Positions 10,161-20,183 of a stretch of 64,000 nt of DNA are shown here, piece by piece. Position 1 is the stretch's first letter, and each line of letters begins with the position of its first letter. The stretch lies in contig JAHPZA010000006.1 in the NCBI GenBank assembly GCA_019058445.1, forward strand, positions 960,001-1,024,000. The letters run 5' to 3'. Source of the DNA: Promethearchaeota archaeon (GTDB lineage Archaea; Asgardarchaeota; Lokiarchaeia; Sigyniarchaeales; SOKP01). A program made the position numbers and the translations under genes. The notes beneath the pieces are model-generated. The model had not been told where the DNA came from. It made no database searches and was given only the letters and a program-made list of their open reading frames with translations.

Positions 10161-11291
10161 TTATGTAAGTTTTTCTTCGATTAATGATTCCTTTAATTCT
10201 TCAGCCAAAGTACCTAATCTATTTGCAGTAGCAGTAATTTCTTCCATCGAGGCAGTTTGTTCTTCTGTTGAAGCACTTATACCTTCCATTGAAGAAGTAG
10301 TTGATTGAATTTTATTGAGTATCACATCGATTTTTGAACCAGTATCTATTACTGCTCTCTTCGATTCTTCTGCAAGTTTTCGAACCTCGTCGGCAACAAC
10401 CGCAAATCCCCTGCCATATTCTCCTGCCCTTCCAGCTTCTATACTAGCATTCAAAGCTAACAAATTAGTTTGCTCAGAAATATTTGTAATTAATTTCATG
10501 ACATTACGTAAGTCATCAGAATAATTTGTTATAATACCTGTTTCTTGATTGACGTTTTGGACTGTTGAAGATATTTCTTCAGCAGATGCATTCACTTCAC
10601 TGGCACTTGCTGCTAATTCAGTAGCCATATTTGAAACATTTACGCTAGCATCCGAGGCAGCATCAATAACTTTTCTCAATGATGTCGCTGAATTCGTAAT
10701 CTCTTGTTCTATAAGTGCTACAAACGCAGTTACTAACATAATCGTAGAAAAAAATATTCTTACTCCTTGAGCATATAATCTTATCCCATCTACATCTCCT
10801 ACTGTGTTTATTATAACAATTATCAGATTTAGGAAAGCTGAAAGTAAAATCAAGCAGAGGAATGCATGAATTGGTGTTCTTTTATGCCAGTAAATTCGAA
10901 AGATTAAGATGCTACCTATTACACAAAAAATAAGTATAAAGATTTCTAAACCAAGTATGATTGGATTAACGACAAAAGCTGCTGGTATAATACGCTTAAT
11001 CTTAGTATTATCTGGTTTATTCTTAATAAAAGTTTCATTATATTCCTTGAAAATTGCTATAAATATTATGATAATAGCAAGAGCATACAAAGTGTAGCTA
11101 ATCATATTCTGACTTGTTGGATTAATAAAGGTGTTGATAGCGCCAATTAAATAAGCAATAGCCATAACATAATAGGCTGGAACCCAAAGTAATAAATCTC
11201 GCCTCTTTCTAACAACATACGTTATTAATATTGACGCAACAATACCTATAATCAAACATATAAAGCTTAACTCAAAAGACATTGCTTCCAT
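10161..11291 (-). CDS. Methyl-accepting chemotaxis-like protein with multi-TM N-terminal domain
   Basis: [40 protein letters not shown] is the MCP hairpin tip; 6-7 N-terminal TMs. Confidence 0.9.
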   Translation of the reverse strand: MEAMSFELSFICLIIGIVASILITYVVRKRRDLLLWVPAYYVMAIAYLIGAINTFINPTSQNMISYTLYALAIIIIFIAIFKEYNETFIKNKPDNTKIKRIIPAAFVVNPIILGLEIFILIFCVIGSILIFRIYWHKRTPIHAFLCLILLSAFLNLIIVIINTVGDVDGIRLYAQGVRIFFSTIMLVTAFVALIEQEITNSATSLRKVIDAASDASVNVSNMATELAASASEVNASAEEISSTVQNVNQETGIITNYSDDLRNVMKLITNISEQTNLLALNASIEAGRAGEYGRGFAVVADEVRKLAEESKRAVIDTGSKIDVILNKIQSTTSSMEGISASTEEQTASMEEITATANRLGTLAEELKESLIEEKLT

Positions 11292-11503
11292 AATTATCCT
11301 ATTTTCTCCTGATATAGTGTTTTTATCTTAAACATTTGAAATTTAAGTCTATTCATATAGAATATCCTTGTTTTTCGTCTATATATTTAAAATAATTAGA
11401 ATTTATAACTAAATCTGTAATAAAAATTGTGAGATTTAAACCATCCTTTATTTTTTTAATGTTCGTACTATTGTATATTAAAAAAATAAATTATATTTGA
11501 TAA

Positions 11504-12940
11504 CTAGCTTATTAAAAGTACATATTCTTCTGGGATCTCTATGCAGTTTGAAATATGATCATCAAGCATTGTAGATAGTTTTTCTAAAATATCATTCCAA
11601 TTTGTATCTTTCGCTAAATTATAAATCTCTTTCGGATCATCTTTCCAATTGACAAGAAAAATATCTTCCTTTTCTTTCTTTACCGGTTTTCCGTTCAACC
11701 GAACTGTCTTATCCAATCTATATTTATCGGTGCGTATACAAGCCCGTCTAGGCCATCCATTTCTATTCAAGTAATTTCCATGTAACCTCATCGGAAAAGT
11801 AAAACTTGAAGAAAACCCAAAACCGATTGATGAATACACAGCTACTGGAGGTTTAGAAGAGAAAAGATCTCGACCCTTAAACTGTTTTGGAGTCTCAATC
11901 CCCGCGAGATTGAAAAGTGTTTTTGGCACGTCCAAACTTTCGCAGATCTCATCCCTAATTTTTCCTTTAGATTTAATGTTTGGACCAGCGATTAATAATG
12001 GAACCCTATGAACTTGAGGTGCATATATTTGTTTAGCATAGCACCCATTTTCTCCTAGCGAAACTCCGTGATCTGCACTAAAAACGATAATTGTGTTTTC
12101 AAGCTGACCCAAGGATTCTAAATACTCAAAAATTTTACCTATTTGGGCATCTATCCATGCAACCAGGCCATAATAATATACTTGCGCAAGATATATCTCT
12201 TCTTTAGTCATCTTGGCAGCATCTACAACTTGGGCAAATCTTTGTTCAAATTCACTCAACTTTTCCTTATATTCAATTGTGTTAGGAAAATTTTCCTCCA
12301 TATAAATACTATTATATGGAGGAGGAGTTAAAACAGGAGTATGAGGTTGAAGAAAAGATATTCTTAAAAAATAAGGGGCATTCTCTTTTTTTAGCCATTC
12401 AAGTGCGTTATTTGTTACCTTTTCAGGTGGATAGGGTTTATCTTTTGGAAATCTTCCCCCAATTATAGACATTCTCCGTCCTGTCTTAAAACCTTGAGGG
12501 GCAATCATGTTTTTTAGCTCGCTTCTCTTAACATGCATCATTTGGGATCCTTCTACATTAGAATGTCGAAAAATTGTATTTCCCTTCACATTTCTATAAA
12601 GGTCTTGAGGAAGGTGTACTTTACCAAAATTTGCTGTTTTATATCCATTTCGAGCGAAAACCTCTGGTATTGTATCATATTTCAAATCCAAATGAAAACT
12701 ACTGAGAGCTGCCTCATTGTGATATACTCCTATGTCTTCGGGATATAATCCCGTTAAATTACTCACACGAGATGGTACACAGACCGGAGAATTACAAAAA
12801 CAGTTTTCAAATTTAACTCCCATTTCAGCTATTCGATCGATATTAGGAGTTTTCATTTCTGCATATTTATTTCCATAACATCCAAGAGCGTCTGTTCTTA
12901 ATTCATCACAGTAAATATAAATAATATTTGGGGCATTCAT
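11504..12940 (-). CDS. Sulfatase (Cys-type)
   Basis: PNIIYIYCDELR, CVPSRVSNLTG, GKVH, QPHTP, ADHG. Likely start MNAPN at 12940; the ORF-track extension overlaps the upstream gene. Confidence 0.9.
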   Translation of the reverse strand: MNAPNIIYIYCDELRTDALGCYGNKYAEMKTPNIDRIAEMGVKFENCFCNSPVCVPSRVSNLTGLYPEDIGVYHNEAALSSFHLDLKYDTIPEVFARNGYKTANFGKVHLPQDLYRNVKGNTIFRHSNVEGSQMMHVKRSELKNMIAPQGFKTGRRMSIIGGRFPKDKPYPPEKVTNNALEWLKKENAPYFLRISFLQPHTPVLTPPPYNSIYMEENFPNTIEYKEKLSEFEQRFAQVVDAAKMTKEEIYLAQVYYYGLVAWIDAQIGKIFEYLESLGQLENTIIVFSADHGVSLGENGCYAKQIYAPQVHRVPLLIAGPNIKSKGKIRDEICESLDVPKTLFNLAGIETPKQFKGRDLFSSKPPVAVYSSIGFGFSSSFTFPMRLHGNYLNRNGWPRRACIRTDKYRLDKTVRLNGKPVKKEKEDIFLVNWKDDPKEIYNLAKDTNWNDILEKLSTMLDDHISNCIEIPEEYVLLIS

Positions 12941-12977
12941 TTGGTTAAGCCAATAATTGTTCTCTAAAATAATATTT

Positions 12978-14504
12978 TTAAGATCCAGCAACCCTTTTGG
13001 GATAGGGAGTCTGTGCCTTAAGATTTTCATGTAAAAGCTTATCTACGAGGTTAAATCTCTTTTCTTTGAATTCTTTATCATACCAAAGATTTTTCAATTC
13101 ATCAAGATCATTTTTTCTATCGTAAATATCTCCATAACCAGGCATACTTTCATACACAGTCAACTTATAATCCTCAGTGATTAAATGTCGTAAACGTGAT
13201 TTAAGTGGTCCTATTTCCTCATCATTTTCAATGAAACAACAATCCCTTATTTTTGTATTTAAATTTGTTAAAATAGGAGTGAGATCAAAGCCCTGCATGT
13301 CGGGAGGATGGTGCCGTTCTTTTATTCCTAATAAATTTAGGATTGTTTTAGGATAATCGACTGTACTTGCTAAAGAGTTTGTAGTTACACCTGGTTTTGT
13401 CAAGCCAGGAACTTTCCATATAAGAGGAAGCTGCAGCACCCCATTATAAGGACAGGGACCTTTAAATAAAAGCCCGTGGTCGCCCATTAAATCTCCATGA
13501 TCACTTGTGTAAATTACGATAGTATTGTCAGCAAGTCCTAACTTTTCTAAAGATGCCAGAATTTGTCCCACACTATAATCTACATAAGCAACAGAAGCAT
13601 ATGTTAAAGCGGTTATTTTTCGAACCTCTTCCTCAGTCGATTCTCTTAAAAACGCTTTCTTGAATGGTGGGTTTTTCATATGCTGTCCTAGAAATTCATG
13701 ATTGTATAGATTCTTTGCATCATGGAAACTCGCTGGAAGTTCTATATCTTCGGGGTTATACATATCCCGAAATCTTTTGGGAGGTATTATCGGGTAATGA
13801 GGGTCGGGAAATGAACAATGTAGATAAAACGGTTTGGTTCCGTAATCTCCTTTCGCAAATCGCTCTAGAAAAGCGATTGTACGTTCTTGAACGTAGGTTG
13901 TATTATAAAATTCCTCTGGGATATCATCACAATAAAGGCTAAATAGTATATCATAGTTTAAACATCTTTTTTTAACTTCCTCAGCGACAGATGGAGTTTT
14001 CTCTTCTAACCATTCAATATAATGTCCTGAGCAGATACTTCCATTTCCCACAACTACTTCTACTTCATCATACCCATAATAGGGCATTGGAAAGTTTTCT
14101 CTTACAGGATCCTTTCTACCTTTAGGATCTACCCAACTGGCTATGTTTTCTGCTGATATTGTCTTACGTTTGAAGGGAGCCATCCAAAATTGATGATGAA
14201 TTTTTCCAATTGCGGCAGTATGCCATCCTCTATTATGAAGAGTATGTGTAATAGTCGGAATATCTTCTCGCAAATTAATTCCATTACTCCTTATGCCATG
14301 TACATTCGGATAAAGCCCTGTTATCATAGTTGCACGGTTAGGCATACATATTGGATTAGTACAGAAGTAGTTTGTAAACCTTACGCTCTCACTCGCGAGT
14401 CTATCTATATTTGGAGTTTTTAATGTTTTATTTCCATAACAACTCAAATGATCCACTCTTTGAGCGTCGGTAATTATAAATAGCACATTCATTTTTTCAC
14501 TCAT
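12978..14504 (-). CDS. Sulfatase (Cys-type)
   Basis: ITDAQR, CMPNRATMITG, GKIH, PDPH, SDHG. Confidence 0.9.
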   Translation of the reverse strand: MSEKMNVLFIITDAQRVDHLSCYGNKTLKTPNIDRLASESVRFTNYFCTNPICMPNRATMITGLYPNVHGIRSNGINLREDIPTITHTLHNRGWHTAAIGKIHHQFWMAPFKRKTISAENIASWVDPKGRKDPVRENFPMPYYGYDEVEVVVGNGSICSGHYIEWLEEKTPSVAEEVKKRCLNYDILFSLYCDDIPEEFYNTTYVQERTIAFLERFAKGDYGTKPFYLHCSFPDPHYPIIPPKRFRDMYNPEDIELPASFHDAKNLYNHEFLGQHMKNPPFKKAFLRESTEEEVRKITALTYASVAYVDYSVGQILASLEKLGLADNTIVIYTSDHGDLMGDHGLLFKGPCPYNGVLQLPLIWKVPGLTKPGVTTNSLASTVDYPKTILNLLGIKERHHPPDMQGFDLTPILTNLNTKIRDCCFIENDEEIGPLKSRLRHLITEDYKLTVYESMPGYGDIYDRKNDLDELKNLWYDKEFKEKRFNLVDKLLHENLKAQTPYPKRVAGS

Positions 14505-14556
14505 AATAATCCGTTTTTCCCGTTTAATTTGAGTAAAACTTTTAAAAGTTCAAAAT

Positions 14557-15966
14557 CTAGCTGTTTGAGTATATTAAATTTAATTCCTTTAACAATTTAT
14601 TTAAAATGAGGGGATTTTCTTTAGAAATGTCATTATTCTCCCAAGGATCATCTTTCAGGTTATATAACCTGTAGGCATTTCCATATTCAACTACGAGTTT
14701 AAATTCTCCATCAGTTATCATTTTCCATTCCTTTACCCCCACTTTCGATAAATCGAGTGCAGAAATCTGATATTTCCTATGCACATTATCATTACCCTCA
14801 AGAATATGTCTTAATGATAATGAATCTTTTGCTTCTGGCATTTTTGCTCCTACATAATCTATTATTGTTGACGTTAAATCCTGAAGCTCGACAAGTGCAT
14901 CACTATATATTCCCTTCTTTACATTTGGTCCCGCAATAACAAGTGGTATTTTAACTGAACCTCTATACGGTCTAGTTTTTCCATAATTTTCAAAATCACC
15001 AAGCATTTCACCATGGTCGCTAGAATATACTATAATCGTATTATCTAATTCTCCTCTTCTTTCAACCTCTTCAAGGATAAGACCGATATTGCGATCAATG
15101 TTTTCAATCATGGCTGCATAATTTTGTCTTACTTTTATTTCTTCCTCTATCTTATTCTCATTTCCTTTATTAGGGCTTGAAAATGAAACATCCTCCCAAG
15201 CTTTTTTCATTCTTTTGGTAACATCCCAAGGGTCGTGTGGACCTGTAAAATTTACCACTAAATGCCAAGGTTTATCGTAGGGAAATTCCCTTAGCATGTT
15301 AATAGCATTATTTGTTAGCCAATTATCACAATAGGCATGCTCTGGTAAGGGGGTTGGATCTGAATTTAAGTTTTTTTTCCCAAATCTCTTCATGAAATCA
15401 TTCACATGCTTTATTAGCAAATCATTGTCTGCTAAATATTTGAGGTATGGCCCCTTTGGTTTAAAATTAGTTGGTTTAACTCTTTTTTTTCGTCCATGAT
15501 CATCCCTCTCCATAATAACTGACTGTATAGCATCCCACTTTCCTTCATTATCAATTACATGGGTAAATCCCATTTTTTCTAAATCTGGAATCCACCCATT
15601 TAAACCCCAATAAAAAGTGGGTTTATGAAGATCTAATTTTCCAACAGATCCTACGGAGTATCCATATTCTTTTAACACCGAATAATATGTTTTTTGATCA
15701 ATAGGATAATTTTCATAATTTCCCGCAACTCTACAATCTTTGTAACGTAATCCCGAGGCAAGACAGGCTCTGGCGGGAGCACATAAAGGTGATGAAGATA
15801 TGGTATTTGTAAATGTAACCCCTTTCTCCATCAATTTTTTAAGATTAGGCATTTTTAAGGGAAGCTTGTCCATTCCAAAGGTTTTAAAAACCTCCTCGTT
15901 ATAGGGCATCCAATCTCCCCTATGTTGATCTGGAAAGAAAAATATAAAATTTGGCTTTTCTGACAT
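14557..15966 (-). CDS. Sulfatase (Cys-type)
   Basis: FPDQHR, CAPARACLASG, GKLDLH, GPHDP, SDHGEMLG. Confidence 0.9.
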   Translation of the reverse strand: MSEKPNFIFFFPDQHRGDWMPYNEEVFKTFGMDKLPLKMPNLKKLMEKGVTFTNTISSSPLCAPARACLASGLRYKDCRVAGNYENYPIDQKTYYSVLKEYGYSVGSVGKLDLHKPTFYWGLNGWIPDLEKMGFTHVIDNEGKWDAIQSVIMERDDHGRKKRVKPTNFKPKGPYLKYLADNDLLIKHVNDFMKRFGKKNLNSDPTPLPEHAYCDNWLTNNAINMLREFPYDKPWHLVVNFTGPHDPWDVTKRMKKAWEDVSFSSPNKGNENKIEEEIKVRQNYAAMIENIDRNIGLILEEVERRGELDNTIIVYSSDHGEMLGDFENYGKTRPYRGSVKIPLVIAGPNVKKGIYSDALVELQDLTSTIIDYVGAKMPEAKDSLSLRHILEGNDNVHRKYQISALDLSKVGVKEWKMITDGEFKLVVEYGNAYRLYNLKDDPWENNDISKENPLILNKLLKELNLIYSNS

Positions 15967-16012
15967 TAAATCAAATCACATTTTATTTTTTAATATTAAG
16001 ATTTCGAAATTT

Positions 16013-17482
16013 TTAAAGTCCAAGACCTTCTTTAATCTTGACTTTAGGAATTAGCTTTTCAAGATATTTCTGATATAATTCATTGCCTATTTTTTTTCCT
16101 TCAGGAGTATTTCTTAGATTGTTGTTTTCATAGAAATCATTCTTTCTATCATAAAGTTCAAGTAATTTTCCCGTAGAGGAATCAACTACAAATTTCCACT
16201 CGTTTGTAACTCCCATTGTATAATTACTCACTTGGCTAATAATCAAATCTTTATGCTCATAATCTTGATCTGAATGGTCATTTATTATAAAGGGCATTAA
16301 GGATTTACCACGATTTTCTGAGGGTAGATTAATTTCAAGAACATCTAGTAATGTAGCGGGTATATCAATTAATTCGACATCATTTTCAATAATTTTTCCT
16401 TTCATGCCATTAGGTGGACGGATTATTAAAGGAACTTCAACAGAAGAACGATAAAAGACAAATTTCATGAATAATTTATGATCCCCGAGTTGTTCTCCAT
16501 GATCGCTTGTATAAATTATCCATGTGTTGTCTAATAACCCATTTCTTTCAAGTGCTTTTCTAATTTCTCCTACTTTTTCATCTATTAACGTGACATTTGC
16601 ATAATAAGCTGCTTTAGATTTCTTTATATAATCATTTGTAAGAAATTTACTACGACTAATTGTCCTTGAATTGGAGACATAACGTGGAAAAGGCCTTTTT
16701 GGGTCCTTCAAAGCTTCTTCGTCTAATTTAATATCTTCAGGATTATAGAGGGTACTATACTCTTTAATACAGTCGAATGGATCATGTGGACCAGGAATCC
16801 CAACAAAAAGGCAAAAGGGATTTTCAGATTCAGGGCTATTAACATAATTATCTATCCATTTTACTGCTAAATCCCCGACAAACGAATCAATAAAGAATTC
16901 TTTTGGTAAAGGAATTGGTTCTGCTAAAATAATAGGATATTTCATTGCCCACTCATGATATATATCTAGAAGATTATGCTTTTCCAAAGCTTCGGTGTAA
17001 CTCGATCCAACGTAAGTACCTTCCATTTTTCCGCATACTTCTTGACACTCCGAAAAACCTAGTTCATACATTTTAGGATAATGATTCTTGACGTGATCTA
17101 TAATTTTTAACTCCTTATCTCCCGCTTTTGTAAGAGCATCATAGCCATAATGACGCACTAAATGCATTTTTCCAATATCAATATTAATATATCCGTGTTC
17201 TTTAAGGATATTTAAAAACGAGTTCTTAATCAGCTCGGGATTTGATTCATGGATGAAATGTTTATTTGTATAGGTTCTTGTTTCATGAACATATCTTCCA
17301 ACTAAAAATGCTGCTCTTGCTGGAACGCATAAGGGAGCTTGGGTAAAAGCTTTCGTAAATCTAACACCTTCTGAGGCAAGTCGATCGATATTTGGTGTCT
17401 TAACGGGAGTCCCTGCGCAACCTAAAACATCAGCTCTGTGCTGATCAGGCATAATGATAACAAAATTCGGTTTACTATTCAT
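16013..17482 (-). CDS. Sulfatase (Cys-type, choline-sulfatase-like)
   Basis: MPDQHR, CVPARAAFLVG, GKMH, GPHDP, SDHGEQLGDH. Confidence 0.9.
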   Translation of the reverse strand: MNSKPNFVIIMPDQHRADVLGCAGTPVKTPNIDRLASEGVRFTKAFTQAPLCVPARAAFLVGRYVHETRTYTNKHFIHESNPELIKNSFLNILKEHGYINIDIGKMHLVRHYGYDALTKAGDKELKIIDHVKNHYPKMYELGFSECQEVCGKMEGTYVGSSYTEALEKHNLLDIYHEWAMKYPIILAEPIPLPKEFFIDSFVGDLAVKWIDNYVNSPESENPFCLFVGIPGPHDPFDCIKEYSTLYNPEDIKLDEEALKDPKRPFPRYVSNSRTISRSKFLTNDYIKKSKAAYYANVTLIDEKVGEIRKALERNGLLDNTWIIYTSDHGEQLGDHKLFMKFVFYRSSVEVPLIIRPPNGMKGKIIENDVELIDIPATLLDVLEINLPSENRGKSLMPFIINDHSDQDYEHKDLIISQVSNYTMGVTNEWKFVVDSSTGKLLELYDRKNDFYENNNLRNTPEGKKIGNELYQKYLEKLIPKVKIKEGLGL

Positions 17483-17580
17483 AATATCACAATTGAGATT
17501 TAAGATTTAAAATTGAATAATCTTGAAAGAATTTAATTTGTTTTTTAATAAAAATCTGACAAAATCATGATTATGTTTAC

Positions 17581-17600
17581 TTTGTAATATAATGTATCAC
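17581..17600. promoter_or_regulatory. Candidate operator 1 (imperfect palindrome next to the TATA box of the 4-sulfatase operon)
   Basis: tttgtaatataatgtatcac is 17/20 identical to 17785..17804; adjacent tttataaa at 17603..17610. Confidence 0.5.
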
Positions 17601-17784
17601 AATTTATAAAGAATCTTTTATTTATAAAATTAACTGTCTTTAATGATAAAATTAATTGTAGGGTTATTGAATTCTTGAGAAATTAATCTCTAAAGTTAAA
17701 GTTCAATGAAGCATTGCAGTGTAAAAATAAGGTTTAATTCATATCTAAAAAATATTGTTAAAATTTAATAATAAAAATAAAATA

Positions 17785-17804
17785 TTTGTAATACAATCTA
17801 TTAC
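17785..17804. promoter_or_regulatory. Candidate operator 2 (upstream of RHH regulator)
   Basis: tttgtaatacaatctattac contains the inverted repeat gtaata-N5-tattac. Confidence 0.5.
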
Positions 17805-17833
17805 TTAGTATCATAAAATAAATGAGGTTGAAG

Positions 17834-18415
17834 ATGCCAGAAAAAAAAACAAATAAACAATCTAGTGTCATGAGTATTCGATTAGATAATGAAACATATG
17901 AGAAGTTAAAAAGAATTGCACTGGAAACCGGCATTAAAAAAAGCAAGATTTTAAAGACTTCGTTTAATAAATGGACTAATTTAAATGAAAGTCCGATGTT
18001 TCTAAATTCGATGAACGTAGGAAGTTATTTCATGAGAAATCTCTTTGGCTTAATTAGTGAAAATGAATTAAAAGATTTAGGCAATCTTCTGGGCGAGCAT
18101 TGGATTAATATCATAAAAATTCGATTAATTGATGAACAATTGAAAAAGGACATGAATTCGTTATTGTTAATCTTTACAGAAGGAATAGGTCCTAACCAAG
18201 CTAATTGGTTTGATAAGATAAGTTATCGAATACTTGATAGTGAAAATGTGATTATCTATGGGATACATTCTCTTAACAAAAATTTTTCAGTTTTCTTCAA
18301 GACACTTTTGGAATATTTAATGAAAAAACAGTTTAATTATATTTTAATTGAGCAATCTAGCAATATTTCAGATAAGACTGTAGAATTAGAATTTAAATCA
18401 TCTGATAAGACTTAG
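17834..18415 (+). CDS. Ribbon-helix-helix (CopG-like) transcription regulator with a C-terminal putative ligand-binding domain
   Basis: VMSIRLDNETYEKLKRIALETGIKKSKIL fits the RHH pattern; divergent from the sulfatase operon; RBS gaggttga before ATG 17834. Confidence 0.65.
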   Translation: MPEKKTNKQSSVMSIRLDNETYEKLKRIALETGIKKSKILKTSFNKWTNLNESPMFLNSMNVGSYFMRNLFGLISENELKDLGNLLGEHWINIIKIRLIDEQLKKDMNSLLLIFTEGIGPNQANWFDKISYRILDSENVIIYGIHSLNKNFSVFFKTLLEYLMKKQFNYILIEQSSNISDKTVELEFKSSDKT

Positions 18416-18426
18416 GAAAGCATTAT

Positions 18427-19959
18427 TTATACTCGAGCTTCTTTATTAGGGAGGCGATCTTGGAGATTCATAAGTTCATGTAATAATTTATTTATTAATT
18501 TATTCTTCAGCGGTTGTGAATTCTCATCATACCATAAATTCTTTAATTCATGTGGATCGTTTTTTAAATCAAATAAATCTCCAGTATCTTCATGACCTTG
18601 ATAAACACTAATTCTATAATCTTCAGTTACCATTGTTCGGACTCTTAACGTAGGCAATTTATATGAATCCCTTTGTGAATCTTCATCTTCCTCGATTATA
18701 CAATTATCTCTTAGTTTTATGTCTGGATTCTTCAAAATTGGAGATAAGTCATATCCCTGCATTCCTGATGGGTGAAATTTAGGTTTTATATTCAGTATAT
18801 TTAAAATAGTCATAGGTATGTCAACTGAACTGGCTAGAGAATTAGTGGTTGTTCCCGGATTTGTAATGCCAGGTACTTTCCATATTAAGGGAACATTAAT
18901 ATATCCTTGATAATGCGCTGGACCTTGGAAGAGTAAACCATGATCGCCCATTAAATCCCCGTGATCACTAGTAAAAATGATTAGAGTGTTTTTTTCTAAG
19001 CCATGAGAATTTAAAGCCTCTAGTATCTGGCCTATACCAGAGTCTATCATTGAAATAGATCCATAAGTATAAGCGAGAAATTTTCGCAATTCCTTTTCAT
19101 TTGTTATGCGCAGCCAGTTCATCCTATAGATGTCTAAATAATCTTTCAAGACGCTATGGTTTCGGAGATTATTTATATCATTTAATGTGGGAGATATTTT
19201 AATTTCATCTGGATTATACATCATATTAAATGGTTTTGGTAAACAAACAGGATGATGGGGATCGGGAAATGAGCAAAATAGAAAAAATGGTTTATTATTG
19301 TAACTTCCCTCTGAAAATCTTTTTAGAAATGATAATGTTTTTTCAACTATGTAACTGGTTGGGTGTAAATTTTGAGGAATAGGTGAATCAGAGTACATAT
19401 GTTCCGAAAGTTTTAAAACCCTGCTTCTTATGAGCTCATAATAATCAGGCGCCTTTTCTTTTACCCAGTCTAAATAATGTCCAGCAACTGCATCTCCATG
19501 TCCTAATGTCAAATCAACTTCATCAAGACCATAATAAGACTGAGGCATAGACTTTCTTTCTTTTTTTCCTTCAAATAAATAGGGAATTATCATCTCTGCA
19601 GATTTGCTTTTTCTACTGTATGGCGAACCTTGCCAATTTAAATGGATTTTACCGGCAGAGTATGTATAATATCCAACATCATGTAAAGTATGAATGAATG
19701 TTGGAATTTCAGGATTTAAATTGATACCATTACATCTGACACCATGAATGCTTGGATATTTCCCAGTAAAGATCGAAGACCTATTTGGCATGCAGAATGG
19801 ATTGGTACAATACGTATTTGTAAATCGAATTCCTTTAGAGGCAAGTTGATCTAAATTTGGAGTTTTTAGATCAGGATTACCATAACAGCTTAGATGATCT
19901 GCTCGTTGACCATCAGTTATTATGAATAAAACATTCATTTTTTCGTTCAAAAGGCTCAC
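18427..19959 (-). CDS. Sulfatase (Cys-type)
   Basis: ITDGQR, CMPNRSSIFTG, GKIH, PDPHHP, SDHG; close paralog of 6834..8363. Confidence 0.9.
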   Translation of the reverse strand: MSLLNEKMNVLFIITDGQRADHLSCYGNPDLKTPNLDQLASKGIRFTNTYCTNPFCMPNRSSIFTGKYPSIHGVRCNGINLNPEIPTFIHTLHDVGYYTYSAGKIHLNWQGSPYSRKSKSAEMIIPYLFEGKKERKSMPQSYYGLDEVDLTLGHGDAVAGHYLDWVKEKAPDYYELIRSRVLKLSEHMYSDSPIPQNLHPTSYIVEKTLSFLKRFSEGSYNNKPFFLFCSFPDPHHPVCLPKPFNMMYNPDEIKISPTLNDINNLRNHSVLKDYLDIYRMNWLRITNEKELRKFLAYTYGSISMIDSGIGQILEALNSHGLEKNTLIIFTSDHGDLMGDHGLLFQGPAHYQGYINVPLIWKVPGITNPGTTTNSLASSVDIPMTILNILNIKPKFHPSGMQGYDLSPILKNPDIKLRDNCIIEEDEDSQRDSYKLPTLRVRTMVTEDYRISVYQGHEDTGDLFDLKNDPHELKNLWYDENSQPLKNKLINKLLHELMNLQDRLPNKEARV

Positions 19960-20183
19960 TCCTCTGTTGATAATTATCCTTAAAATTGACTATTTTTTAA
20001 TCTTTCGCTATAAAAATATAATAGTTTTATAGTAGTTTTTTAAGTCAATAGCTTAGATTCAATGCAGTTTATACAATTTTTTTTCCTTTGAATACAATGA
20101 TGCTATAATTATAAGAAAAAACTACAGAACTTAAATAAAATAGAGAGAGAACAAAGAAAAAATTTTCTCTAAAATGTTTTTTA

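Noticed and set aside
12941-13030. Apparent overlap between sulfatase genes and similar N-terminal extensions (38600..38662, 47518..47595, 50781..50840)
   Set aside because: Artefacts of longest-ORF calling; downstream ATGs match paralog starts or RBS positions.
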